Positions 26,132 to 39,671 of a DNA stretch of 64,000 nucleotides are shown here, piece after piece. The notes under the pieces are model-generated. The model ran no database searches. It had not been told where the DNA came from and worked only from the letters and a program-made list of their open reading frames with translations. The position numbers and the translations under genes were made by a program. Origin of the DNA: Ruditapes philippinarum (lineage: Eukaryota); contig NW_026855260.1 in NCBI RefSeq assembly GCF_026571515.1, positions 124,001 through 188,000 of the forward strand, written 5' to 3'. Numbering within the stretch: the first letter of the stretch is position 1; every line of letters begins with the position of its first letter.

Positions 26132-29100
26132 AAGTTTTATAAAGTGTTGAATATACATCTAATACCTTTAAATTAAATGATTCCAATTCCAATTTCAAAA
26201 ATGAAAAACATTTGAAAACGTAATGTAAAAACGAGTAAATATGATCTCATTATCAAATTCGAAGACTTGAATTAACATATAATTATATGATTTTACAAAA
26301 TACATAACTAAAACTTATAAAATTTTTGTAAATTTCAGTAAAGCATTAAAATTGTCGCAAAGTTATTACGCCGTTGGTAAATATTTTTGAATATCATTAA
26401 TGGGTTTGAAAGGAGTATCAAACACTTTAATTCTTTAATTCTTATTGTTCTTATTATAGTCGTTGGTTTATGGCTATTTTTAGGCACATTGTTGCCATCA
26501 ACTCGAAAGTATTGATTTACAATACTATTTGAATTTAATCAATTCACAGTTTGATTATGAATCACAACACTGTTATTTTGACTTATCATAAAAGTCAGAC
26601 TTTGAATTTGTAGCAAATGTGTATGCAATTCGATTTATGAAGTAACGTGCTATCTTAAGTTACCACCCAAACCATACGTCATCAATCATAAAGACGAAAG
26701 AAACAGAATGATTATTTAAATGATTATTATAATTTTGTCACACATACTGAGACCATTTGTCTCTAAAACACAATTCTTTACAGGATTCGTAAGAACAAAT
26801 GTCTATTCGTATTATACCAATATTTCCGATAGGCAAGTTTATGTTTACTTTCGTAAAAGTGTACGTATCATATCATACTGAAAACAAGTAAGACTTTAAT
26901 AAAATCCCGATGTAACTGAACAAATGTGTGTAATTTAATTTTCAAAGCATAAGGACAAATATTTAATTGTTTTGTTGTGTTTTTTTTGGAAAGAAATAGG
27001 TTTATAAAACTTAAGAGATTCAAGACAATTTTTTCCTACTTTTTTACCCTTATTTCTACCTACACTTATTTGTATAGTCAGTCATGAATTACTTCCTCAC
27101 ATCTGCTGGTGCATGTTTGCATAACCTGTGCTGTTTTCAGTCTCACACGACGCAAGCCTAAAATGTAGTTTTTGCTTAATCTGGAATTACAACTCCCTGA
27201 GTCATACCTATCCAGATGTGTAAAGTACCATACTAAAATATTCTTAAGATGTTTAATGATTTTGCCAATCATAGGTTTGAACGCGTTAAGTTATTAATGT
27301 GGCTTAAATTTTATTCTTATAAATAATTCAATGTATAAGTATATTTGACATATCTTTTAAAAGACAATAATTGAAATAATTATTAAGAAAATAAAGACTC
27401 ATATTGGCAGTTTCTTGTTTTAACATGATGAAGGACATAACTATTAAAAATAGTTTACATTTCTAAACAATTTCATTACACATAGAAATTATTAAAAGTT
27501 GCAGATCCGTTTAATAATACAAACCATTCAAGCTCTTTAATATAGACAGAAGAATTTGTCAGTAAATTCCGTAAATTTGCCTTTTTAATTGTTTATCATT
27601 GAATACACAGTGTATTGCCTTGTCTTTACCTTCTAAAAGAAATTGAAAAAAGTGATTATAAATATAATATTGAATTGAATTTTGAATACGAGTATGATAC
27701 ATTCAGTATTATTTCCAAAATCATATATAAAAGTTAGTGACACAATAATTTAAACGTATTATTGATTTTATTCCTTGAATTATAAATCATAATCTTTCGG
27801 TTTGCATTAGCAGTTTTATCACTTTTCATTGCTTGAAATGACAATTAATGTAATGTTCAGTTTACGAAATTTCCCAACTTAATTCACAGAATCATTTTCA
27901 CTAATTGATTCAAATGAAGCGATCATATTCATTAAAGCAATGAGGTGTATTATCATTTTTTTCATCGAATGAAGCTTTAGGCGATTTTTTTTCTGATAGA
28001 AATAAAAATGAAAGAATTCATCATCTCTCTTTCATATTTATTCATTTAATATAAACAAATGTTTGAAGTTTGGCAGTAGCTTGATGTCTGATGTTTCTTA
28101 TATATTTAAATGTAATGAATATTTGAGCTCTCTTAACTATAATAATGGCTTTACGGAGAGAGTTTTCAAAAAAGCTTTACAAGCTTCCTACTCAATCCGT
28201 AAATTTTATTTTATGTAATTTATTATGTAAATGTGTGGATTATTAATAAAATATTGTTTAAACTTATAATGGCTTACAATTTCAAACACAAATGTAATTT
28301 TACACAGTGTTTTATAAATAAATTGCAATTCATCATGGAAACCAAAACAAAAAAGAATTCAATTAAACATTTTAATCAGTAATGTGAGCATATATTCAGG
28401 AACTTTATAGAAAATTGTCGTTTTCATCTTATTTTAAAGACAAATTAAAATCGGGTACAAATCTGAGCTAGCTATAATAGCATAAGTGCATGGGATGTTG
28501 CACAATCAGTATATTATGATAGTAAATATTAATTGAAACATAATAAAATTTAACACTTCAACTCGGTTTGCATAAGACATTTATCAAATACATGTGCAAC
28601 CATTTAAACTTGATATCTGTCCTCATTTAAAGAAAATCATTATGTTGTATAAACAATGTACAATATCAGAAATAACACACAGTAATTCGCACTTCATGGC
28701 ATTATAGTGCCACCCAGTCTACCCAAAGATTGAACGGACCTCACCTTCCGTTTTCAGCTCGTTAAATGTTTACCGGCTGTCAAATCAGCAATATAATTAT
28801 ATCACTATTATTAAAAATGGTGGATGAAGTACAATCTCAATCATAAATGTAAGAGAATATGTGAAGACACATAATTATAATAAAATTATGTTTCATTTTG
28901 CCAATTTTATTCACAAAATGTAGAAATGTTCAACTATAAAACCTAACATATAATGCACTTTTACAAGCTTAGATTTAAAATATCTCCCAATTATCTATTA
29001 ATTTCCCATCAGTCTGCTACTTATTATCATTCTTACAATTTTGAGAAACACATTTCGTAAATAATGGTCTTCAACCATCATTTCAGCATTTCTCTTTGCC

Positions 29101-31109
29101 TGTTTTCTAAATTGAGATATTAAAATGTACCATGATTGAATATTGTAATAGAAGACAAAAAAAAAGAACACTTACAATAAAACAAACAAACACGACATAA
29201 ACATAAATTAAATATACATAGCTATATATTTATTGTCCAATTACTTTAAAAAGATTACATTCAACATGCCTTTACGACAGAGGATATGTGAAACAGCAAC
29301 ATAAAATTTTCCTTCTACAAATCTTATTATGTTCGTGCTTGTTTTAATCAATAATTGATCATTTTATGATAACCTATCGAAACTGAATTCAAACATTTCT
29401 GAAAAAGCAAAGCAACTTAAATATAAAAAAATATAATTTTCTCATTAGATATTGATTGAAACCTTGAAAGTGACCCATGTAATTTTTAAAGATTTTTAAA
29501 CACAATTTTTTATGATATTTATGACTGTATATTTAAAATGTATTCTTTATACTATTTTTTAAGTAAAACTTTGAAAGCATAGATCTTTGGAAACGTGTCT
29601 AGTCTACCTTCTATAATACGTAAATAGCATCATATAAAGTATAAGATATTCTTTCTGAAAGAATGACCGTGTAAGGGACATTTGTCTCTTTGAATATATA
29701 ACTGACCATAAAAGCCGATTATATCCGTACCGACCTATCCTATAGAGAAAATAAATTTAATATTTCCTTGCTATACGATATGCTACAATAGATAATTGGT
29801 CAGTAATGTAACGGATAATGTAATTCTCACAATACGCCCATTAGTAATATATTTGTTTAAAAGAAGCCTAATGCATCTTTTGATGATATTGATATTTTTG
29901 CTTCATCTTGGTTTCATCATAAAGGAAAAAAATGTTAATATTATTTTACAATTAAACAGGACGCAGCAAGTAAAATGAAAATAAAGTACTCTAATATCAT
30001 ACAAAGCATACAACTAATCTTGGGAAATCGTCAGCTGATCTGTTCAGTTGTATTGCAAAATTAAGTTCTCTGAAATGATTCCATGTATCCATGTACAATT
30101 AACCATTTTCAAATGTTTTCAATTTTCAATTCGAATAAAGAAATAAAAAAATGCTTCAGGGATCAAGCATCAATATATTTGAAGAAAGTCCAAATGGGAT
30201 TGCCATATGATTTCTTAACATTTAATCGAATCGGCATATACAATTTAAACTTAATGAATTTACTCTTTCAATTTCGATTTCCAATTTACGAAAATTATAT
30301 TTCAACATCATCAATTTAACTTTACGAATTCACGTTTGACATTTACATGTACTGGTTCTGGTTGCCGGTTTGAGTGACATAAAAGGTTTCAACGCTAAAA
30401 ATATTTACAATAAAAATATACAGTTTTTACTAAATGTCACTCAATCATATGTCAAATTATCTTTTGTCACTTTACTTTTGGGATAGGTTTTGTCTATTCA
30501 ATAAGTTTTTTCTTTATCATTGACTGAATGATAATGATAGGGCACAAGGGAATACGTTACCTGGAAATATTTAGAATTTGTCGCTAAAAGAAGAATTCTT
30601 GTATATTTCAAATAGTATTTTTAGAACAACAAAGGTAATCCAAATAAACATGAAATCGGCAAATCGTATGAAAGACAATATTCCTCCGTAGAGACACCTA
30701 CATCAATGTTTTGATGTAACTACATGTATTTGAATAGATGTTCAAATTTCTCCAAATGCATATAATGTCACAATATTTGCTTTCACAAGAATGATTATGT
30801 AGAAATGCTAATATGACGCAAGTTGGATAGATTTGGTTGCACTGGAACATTTAAGTTATATGTAAAATCCATCGGAACATTTTAGTATAAATGCGTAAAA
30901 TACTAAATACATGATATGGTCTTACTAATTAAATTGTATATCAATCAATGTCATTTTACGAACGATAGAAATATAATAGCCTCAAATAAAGTTTTCACAA
31001 ATAGTATGTTTGCTTTGTTGTTCTCTTTTGAGTACTCATCATGGCATTGTACTGGATAGCATTCACAGCTTTATCATATTGGCAGGAATATTTAACATAC
31101 TTCCTTCCA

Positions 31110-31270
31110 ATAGAATAGAGAAAAACAGAACCCCTTAAAAATCACGGTAAAATTTAAAATATTGCACACTCGGTGTGATTATGTTCATGGACGGACGAGA
31201 CATTTGCAAACTACCGTCTTCACTCCCTAGCACCGGTTTAATCAGAATTACACATTGTACATAGCAATCT
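31110..31270 (+). repeat. Dispersed ~160-bp repeat, copy 2 (about 2 kb upstream of gene 1 promoter)
   Basis: AATAGAGAAA..AAAATTTAAAATATTGCACACTCGGTGTGATT..ATGGACG..CCCCTAGCACCGG..CAGAAT aligns with 1480-1640 and 34690-34820. Confidence 0.7.
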
Positions 31271-33159
31271 AAATTTTGAAAAATCCGCAGCGATGTTTAT
31301 AAAAAACAACAACAAAAAACATAAAACAAACGCAATTATCACAAAAAAAATATCAAACCAAGAAGGTGTTTTATCAGAAGTTTAATAAAAATAACAAATG
31401 ATAATAACATGTTCCTGATAGGACGCTTCATCATGATTGATTTGAGTGTGTGTGTGTGTTTTCTTAACAAAACAAAAACAACAAAAATAAGATTATTTTT
31501 TTCATTTCATTTTACTTAATATGAAAATGATCAAATTCGATGTTGTATTTGATATTTTATTTAAAATTTGAATTCTATAAACACATTTCATAGACACTTA
31601 AATTTTTACAAATACATAAACAGGGAACTTGTGTTATGAAAAACAATACGTTTGACTCATAGAAAAAAACAGTGAGATGCACTACATAACTTCTCGATAT
31701 TCACAAAATGACATTTACTATTTATGTTTAACAAACAAACAAACAAACAAAGGAACTAGAAAAGGGAAAAACAAGAAGAAAACAAAAACAGGATAAAACG
31801 TTGTACGCAATACCATACCAAATGTTTAGTTACAATGCTAATTAAATTAACACATAATTTCAATTGGAAGTACATTATTAGCAGTCATGTATATTAAAGA
31901 TAAATGCGATAATAACAGTATCATCAGCAGCAGTATGAACATAATCAACAACAACAGAATTTAGCATCATAAAAACATCTGTTTAACATAATATGTGTTT
32001 TAAGTTTCTGTTGATGATTTTTTTATCTGTATCCTTAATTTAAAAGTGTAAGAGTACAACCTTCGATGTAGTGTTAAAATATTTCGGAAAATATTGCATG
32101 CTTTACACACACACACAAATAATGTAATAAGTTTATGTCAAACGTAATTACACATTTCTAAGGATACACACAATTATAAACACTAATACAAATACGGGAC
32201 ATGATGGAGAAAAGTTACATATTTAATCCAGTTTAAAATAATGTCAGACATTTTTATTTGAAGATTTATTCACAGTCTGAATCTTGAACACGGTTTTCCA
32301 TCTAACTGACAATTTGGCAACGATTCTAGATTGTGCTGTTATTGCCTTCTTTCCGTTTACTAGCCAGTCCAAACTGTTAACATGACTGTTAAACGACATT
32401 TCCACAAATAAAAGCAATTCGGGATAGCATGTCTTTTGAAAATCAATAGAAATGATTGACAAACTTAAGCCCAAATGTTTTTTCCAAACATAAGATTTTT
32501 TGTGTATGAATAAGACATGTTAGAGTTACTATAAATAGAAATAAGTCATTATCATTTACAATACTATTTTAACACGTACGACCTGTTAAGTTAAAGCAAA
32601 AGCATTCTGCTTCAAATGCAACCCAGATCCTATTATTGTAATTGATGACAATTCTAAGTGACTCACAACTAAACCGTCTGAGCGAGATATGTGTTTGTAA
32701 ATGTGCACTCAATGTTTTTTTGTTAGAAAGGTTTATGTTAATGTTTTATTATTGTTCTGTTTTTAATTGGGTGTTTTATATAATTGTCTATCATTATATT
32801 TATTTTGTATTTTATTACCTTATTTCAGTGAATTAAACATAAAACACATAGTACAATTATAGTACATATTTAAACAAAAAAAGCTTATTCGTTAGGAATC
32901 TTGATGACGCAAAATTTCTATTTTTCTCAATTTAGCATCATTTAAACCCATTGTTAGGAAAAACTGGGTAGTATAAGTACAGATAAATAAAATAGTTACA
33001 TGAATTTCAACATACAAATTATAATTATCCAATTATCTGTGTAAATATTTTCGTTCAATCATGGAGGTAAAAATCATTGCGAAATATTCTTTTTATTCCA
33101 TAGCAACATAACGTATTATGAACGTGACTATGGACTCACTCCTTAAATTTGGAGCAAGG

Positions 33160-33221
33160 TATAAATACAGATTATTTGATCGGAAACATCAGTTTAACGT
33201 ACATTTTTCCTAGTGGTAAGC
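33160..33221 (+). promoter_or_regulatory. Candidate core promoter and short non-coding exon 1 of neuropeptide gene 1
   Basis: TATAAATA at 33160-33167. Initiator TCAGTT at 33189-33194, with its A 31 nt after the first TATA T. Splice donor TG|GTAAGC with GT at 33216-17. Predicted exon 1 is 33191-33215 and the intron is 33216-36005. TGACGCAA at 32905 and TGACTCA at 32659 lie upstream. Confidence 0.6.
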
Positions 33222-34252
33222 GTTTATTGGAAAAGGTTTTACTTGAATGAGAAGACACTATGGCAGCCTAGTCTCACGGAAGCATATACATGAATTCATT
33301 TTTTAAGAGGGTACTGATATCTGATTTTGACCAACACTGACTGTGGACTTTTATCGTTTAATCAAAAGGTATTGTTACATTTATATTTCATGTCATAGAT
33401 TGTGATATAAAAATATTAATAACTACATATATTGAATAAATATATTAATACAAAATGTTTCTTTTAAAATTTATTTGCTTTTCGATATTTTTTAGCTAAG
33501 TATATTAATTCAAGTAAAACTAAAGGTTATATGATCAACAATTTTAAAGGTATCTCTGTTCTAAATAATTTAAATAAATATTTTATCAGAGTCCGTGATA
33601 TTTTAATAGAATTAATAATCTTTACAAAACTCAAAATTTATTTACACATTAATAAATGTTGTAATTTTAATATGAAAAACAAATTTCATTATGAAAGACA
33701 TATTTCCTTATGTAATGCATATTTCAGTATGTAAGGCGTATATAATTGAAAAACATTTCAGTCACCATTAATATTATCGTCCAAATTGTATTCTTGCAAA
33801 TTAAGACAAACTACATTAAAATTGTTTCAATCATCGTTTATTCTTCACATATATAACATGATTAGATTAACCGTCATAGTCTGATGTCTCTACAAAATAG
33901 TTAAGATTGAAATGGTTAGCGATACTGTACAAAATATATATAAAATAGTGATTTTATTGATAATGTTAGTTATAAAGACTGAGCTGAGATTGTTTATACA
34001 TTATATGGCTGGTCTGGCGGAAACGGCTGTTTGAAAATATAATCCGACCCGCTTATAAGCTTTCATGTAACATATCAGAAATGTTGAAAACAAATAGTAT
34101 TATAAAGTATTATATAAAAAAATAAATACAGCCACTTTATTTACGTACTGAATTGTTAACATGTCATTTTTTAAACAAAACATTATGTCTAAATAAGGAA
34201 GTATAGCTGCTTTTCGGAATTTCTATTAGCAGCACTTCCACTTACATGAGCT

Positions 34253-34260
34253 TGACGTCA
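34253..34260. promoter_or_regulatory. Perfect CRE palindrome (TGACGTCA) in the predicted intron of gene 1
   Basis: Exact motif match. CREs are common in neuropeptide genes, but an 8-mer can occur by chance (another is at ~8792). Confidence 0.25.
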
Positions 34261-34689
34261 GTATCATTCTCTTTAGCTAAAAATCTTCAATATAATGTAA
34301 GGTATTTTGAAATGCACCTTCGATTCACTAGAAGTTCATAAAGACAAAGCAAGAAATAAACTTTGCTGAATATTTTCTCTTTGCCATAAGATACTCCGTT
34401 ATGTGTCATTTAACACTACAAGTGATTCATGTTTGTTAAAACAAGACCCTTAGCTTCTGTGCGACATAATTTTTATTTTCGAATAAAGGAAAATTATGTT
34501 TTATTCTAATTACTAATTAATTAACGATACTTTCTGATATAGTGTTATCAATTATAACCATTATATAACATGACGTTACCAGCTTTTTGAGTCAGCAGTC
34601 AACAACATTTTATATGAGACATAAAAAAATACTTCAGCATGATTTACACTTACTTATCAAGAACTCTAAACTTAAAAATCTTGAAACAA

Positions 34690-34820
34690 AGTGATCCCTC
34701 GGAAGCATTAATCACAACAAAATTACATAAGAATTGCAGACTCGGTTTGATTGAGTCTGTACATGAGGGATAATGAATGAGTGCAACATCCCTCACGCCC
34801 CCCAGCACCGGCTTGAGGGG
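34690..34820 (+). repeat. Dispersed ~160-bp repeat, copy 3 (in the predicted intron of gene 1)
   Basis: TTGCAGACTCGGTTTGATTGAG..AGTGCA..CCCCCCAGCACCGG matches the copies at 1480 and 31110. Confidence 0.7.
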
Positions 34821-35216
34821 TACTTAAGTCAGATGTGTTGTCTCACTATTGAGAATAAATGTTAAACAAAGTAATAAGAGTCCAGAATAATAATCACTCA
34901 TAATCAATCAATAAAATTGAGGGGCTTAAATTTTAACACGCAGATAAAAAAGTATATTCATGCATGCGCTTATTTATTACGGTAAAATGGTAAAAACGTA
35001 TTTCATCTTAATGGCTTGAAGTTTGCAAAGCTTTTTATTTAAATAAAGTTTGGCTTGTTTACAATTTAATTCAATATATTAATAAATGAAAATCCAAGAT
35101 GTCAGTGGAAAAAAATATTTTTCTTAATGTATATCATCTATTCTGTTGCGGAAAGGACTTTTCAATATGTGATCGGATGTTCTGATTGTGAATGATAAAT
35201 TTCATTGAAAAAAAAA

Positions 35217-35220
<4 letters not shown>

Positions 35221-35264
<44 letters not shown>
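35221..35264. repeat. (CA)22 microsatellite
   Basis: Perfect dinucleotide run in the predicted intron of gene 1. Confidence 0.98.
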
Positions 35265-35268
<4 letters not shown>

Positions 35269-36010
35269 ACAAAACCATAACAAGAACAACGTTTTGTTGA
35301 AAAGCTTAGATTCAGATAAAAAATCTTGTGTGAAAAAGTTATCCAATAATGTTTAAGAATAAAAAGTCATTAAACACATGACGCTATTTGTCAAGTGCGT
35401 CTGTTTTTTGTTGTTGTGTTATAATATTTTTTTTAAGAAACTACAAAGACAATCTCTTTACATGAATATTAAATACCTCACATGATGAATGGAATAAATA
35501 TAAGTTCTACGCTTTTGTTTAAATGTTAAAATTGCTTCATTTCTCATTGAGATTAATATGTTTATCGCATACCCTTGCCGCTTTTGCGATTCCGTAAAAT
35601 CGGTATTACCAGGCCGTGTATACATTTTTATGTGACATCACACATAGCGTAAATGCGCGCTAAATGTTATCGTTTCTCTTTAGGTGTGCAGAGAAAAAGT
35701 AATTCTTTTCCCTTTAAACAGTCATTATTTTGGGTGTGCAAAAAACATAATATTATATTTGAATGTAGGTTCACTACTGAATTTATTGAATTGGTTGAAT
35801 TAAATAATATTATACTAGCCATAGGGTCGCATGCTTAAATTTTATTCAACTTTTTCAATGAATTTAGTATTGAACGAATATCTCTTTCATCTACATTGTT
35901 AATTAAGTAAATTTTGATGTGGGCATTAGTTCTCAGTGTCGCGGTTAAACACATAAATATATTTCCGGCATCAAAATTTATCAATATATATATTTTTATT
36001 TTCAGCAATT

Positions 36011-36382
36011 ATGGATTTTACATCGACATTCCTTCTCACCATCATACTTGCCTGCTCAGTTAAAGCAATCGACGAATCCGACGAAGAACATGCCTTTAGA
36101 CAAAAGCTCTTCGGGTCCTTATACAGGAATATAAGAAACAGAGAACTTTTTGAAAATCCCGAGTTGACACGCTTGCATTCATATGGAAATCTCGATTCAT
36201 CCTCGGACTTTGCTTTCCCTTCCGTGCATGAACATTTCTTTGAAGAAAACACGAAAAGGTCTCCTCTATACAGAATGAATAAGCCAATAAGCCTACGTCA
36301 GACAAGACTTGCTGCATTTGGAACAATGCTTGTTCCCAAGGTCGGGGAAAAATCCGCCCAAAAAGTCTGGCGATACGGATAA
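36011..36382 (+). CDS. Neuropeptide precursor 1 (123 aa); predicted 39-aa peptide SPLYRMNKPISLRQTRLAAFGTMLVPKVGEKSAQKVWRY-amide
   Basis: Polypyrimidine acceptor TTTTTATTTTCAG (AG at 36004-05) 5 nt before the ATG. Hydrophobic signal peptide ending VKA, acidic spacer, KR at aa 82-83, and terminal RYG-stop (Gly amide donor). Clear paralogue at 48002. AATAAA signals downstream. Confidence 0.93.
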   Translation: MDFTSTFLLTIILACSVKAIDESDEEHAFRQKLFGSLYRNIRNRELFENPELTRLHSYGNLDSSSDFAFPSVHEHFFEENTKRSPLYRMNKPISLRQTRLAAFGTMLVPKVGEKSAQKVWRYG

Positions 36383-36513
36383 AAAGATTACATGTTGACA
36401 GTTTTATTTATGGATTCATCATCTTCCATTTTCTTCACTTTTCTCAAACGCAATGCGTGACAAAGTTTAATAAATTGATACATTTTGGTAAATATGAATA
36501 TGCCCTTATGCTT

Positions 36514-36549
36514 AATAAAACAAACATCTGAGAAAACTGTCTTTGTTTT
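36514..36549 (+). terminator. Polyadenylation signal of gene 1
   Basis: AATAAA at 36514-19 with a downstream GT-rich tract TGTCTTTGTTTT (36538-49). Alternative AATAAA at 36469-74. Confidence 0.55.
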
Positions 36550-39500
36550 AGCGCTCAAAAATATTATATTTCCAGGATTAATTGCGAAGTAACATCACAT
36601 CGGCATTTTCTGTGTATTATTATAACATTTTGATCGATATATCGCTTGACTTATTGTTTATAACAATAATTACAATTTGGCATGTTTATAGGTTTCTTAT
36701 CTTTTTATTGTGAACATCAATTTTGTGAAAAAGAATTGTATGATTTATACAACCTTTGTAAAAGAACACAATTTTTGAAAGGCAAACAAATCAAATAAAT
36801 ATTTTAAACTTCATGTGGTAAATTTTATATTGTAACTGTTGTTTGTTTATTGTATAGAAAAACAAGAATCAAATTACTTACCTCTGGATGGGTTGTATTT
36901 TATACCAAAAGAGCGTTCAATGATAACGTAAGGTTCATATTTATGAAAGTATATAAACTCTTTGCAATCTTAAAGATATTTTTGTAATTGACTTCGCTCC
37001 GTGCATCACCAATTTATATAACAATATTGACTGAACAAATGCCTTAATAGTTTTAATTTTCAATTTTGAACCCATTGTTAGTAAGTGTTGCAAATAGTAT
37101 GTTTCCCGAAACATCAAGTCCTTGAATTGCCATAGCAAAACGTATTTAAAATATACACTAGATGTCAAAGTTTTTATTTCTTAAAATGACGTTTTTCTCG
37201 TAATACTTTACAAGTTTATATTTAGTTATGATTCGATGTTTTAAACATCTACGTGTGTCAAACTATTGAAAGTGAATTTTATAAACATACTCATCGTCTA
37301 CATATAAATAAGTTGAGAAAAAAAAACAATATAAGGTTAGATGTTCGACACTCATTATAATTCAGAGTAAGATGTTTAATACCTCTTATATTTTCGAAAT
37401 ATGTTTATAATATAAACATGCATAAAGGATATTTAAGAAAACCATTTATCATTCAGTATATTAAATGTAATATAGTACTTAAGTAGTTCGGTTGAAATGA
37501 TATTATTTTCAATTCATGTAGCGGTGATGTCGCAGTAAACTAGTGGGGGGGGGGGGTAGTACATCAACATATCTTGACTTTCCAACTAGACTGGTTGAGG
37601 ATTATCCCAAGTTCCGCTCTGTGCCTGTGCATGATTTCGAGCACAAACGGGTTTTCAGTGGGAAATGACACCAATGGTTTATACATACAAATAGTTTGAA
37701 ATATTGTCGATAAGAACATAAAAGGTTATTAAATTTTAAATTTTTTAAACATTTATCCATTTATTTTGGATAACTTTCGAATGTGACATAGATGAAGGGA
37801 GAAGACTATGATTATCGTCATTGAATTATATAAAGACAAAAGACATTTAAATAGAGAGTTATGAATTTCTCTCTTTAGCAAATTTCCCAACTTTTGTCGA
37901 ACTGAAATTAAGTATATTGATATAAATATATTTATGATCTTCATTTTTTTTATATTTTGTAATTACATCCAGTTTTTCGTTTGTTAAGTTGTTTGTTTTG
38001 CGCCGATTGCATAAATATTCGGTCAATTTTCGGCGACCGTTTCGCCTTACTGGCTATCAGGATAAATAACTATAACTTCTTCTCTGCAATTGACTGACTA
38101 CAATTTCAAAGTTATATCTGAGTCTGCGATGATTGACAAATGACAAATAGATGTCCGGGACTAATATTTCACGGACAGTAATCGTGTTGTAGTATGTAAC
38201 AGTATGCGAGACAAGGTACCAAACCGTTGTTTCAAAATATATCAAAAGAAAGTTTTCAGTATTAGAGACTTACTTGCACTCTTACTTGTTGACGTAAAGT
38301 GAGCTCAAATAATCAATAAAGACAACTAACGTCTTCTAATATTATTTTGTTAGGAATTGCATTTCATTTTCGCAAAAGAAAAATTGTCTGTATCCTTCAT
38401 ATTTTTGATTTATAAATTCATGAGATGATATTGAATTGATTGGTGATAAAACATTTTTGTGAAATATAGTATTATTGTGAAATTATTTTCTTTGTTGTTT
38501 TGTTATTTGTTTTATTTCTTTTTTTTATATGATTTAAAGGACCAACCTATTTTCCTCGCTTATGTATACAGGTTTCAGGCTTGCAATAAATCCACCAAAA
38601 ATCTAGGTACGCACGTGGATTATGATATTATTTTGGCAAAATGAATAGCAACGTAAGGCGATACATATTATTTAATATGACTAAACAAGGCTACTGTCTT
38701 GTTTAATACAAATTGTAAAATTGTATTAAAATAGTATATTATGAAAATAATGGACTGGCAATTTTCTACAATCAACTTTTAAAAAGTTTTGTTTTGTGTT
38801 TCGACAAATTCATGTTAGCTCCAATTCTATAATGACATCAAGATTTGCCAGGTGACACACATGCATACGCATACTTATTTTGAGCTTAAAATTAATTATA
38901 ACTTTCAGATACAATAATATTGTATAAAACCAATCAAGAACTTATATCATCATTTTTTATATAATATCGTCAATACTGAACTATTTGTTGTACCTGGCCA
39001 GATGAAAAGAACCGATGATAGATATAATCAACTGCCAAGTGTCATAATTAATAAAGGATTATCTGCAAAATGTTATCATATACATTTTCTTGAACAATTT
39101 TTAAATGACAAATTTTCTTTTGTAAGCCTTTTGCTTATTTAATTTACAGAAAAATGTATACGCATTTTTTCTCATTTAGGTCTCTGCCAGAACGCAATAG
39201 ATTATCAGATAAAATAAAACAACAACGCTGTATTCTCATAGCGATAGATCTGTTACGATTTTAAAAAATAACCATTCATTGTAACATCCCAGATAAATTC
39301 GTTATGTTGTTTCTGAGGGATTACGGGTATCAATACTGGTCCCCGACGCTTGATGACGTAGTTATAAAGTGGAAAATATTATAAAATTAATCTTAAATAG
39401 TGAAGCGTGGTCCCGTCGTCCAGTCTGGTGAAAATAATTAGTGTTTAAATTTTTTTGTCCAATAGGATTGCAGTATTTCAAATGAATGGTAACACATTTA

Positions 39501-39671
39501 CTTTGGTAAATCGGTCTAGAAAATCGACAGTTTGTAAAAATAATTTAAAACACTACGCCGTTTAATATTCATCAGTATGTATTTGGAGAATAAAATTGGT
39601 CGCACGGCTTGTAAATACGTAGTAATACACTTTTACCTTCACAGGGAGAAATCGGGCGAAAGGTGACGAAT

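Noticed and set aside
35971-36326. Antisense ORFs (93 aa and 76 aa) overlapping gene 1
   Set aside because: Shadow ORFs of the real CDS. The track shows no equivalent ORFs at paralogue 2.
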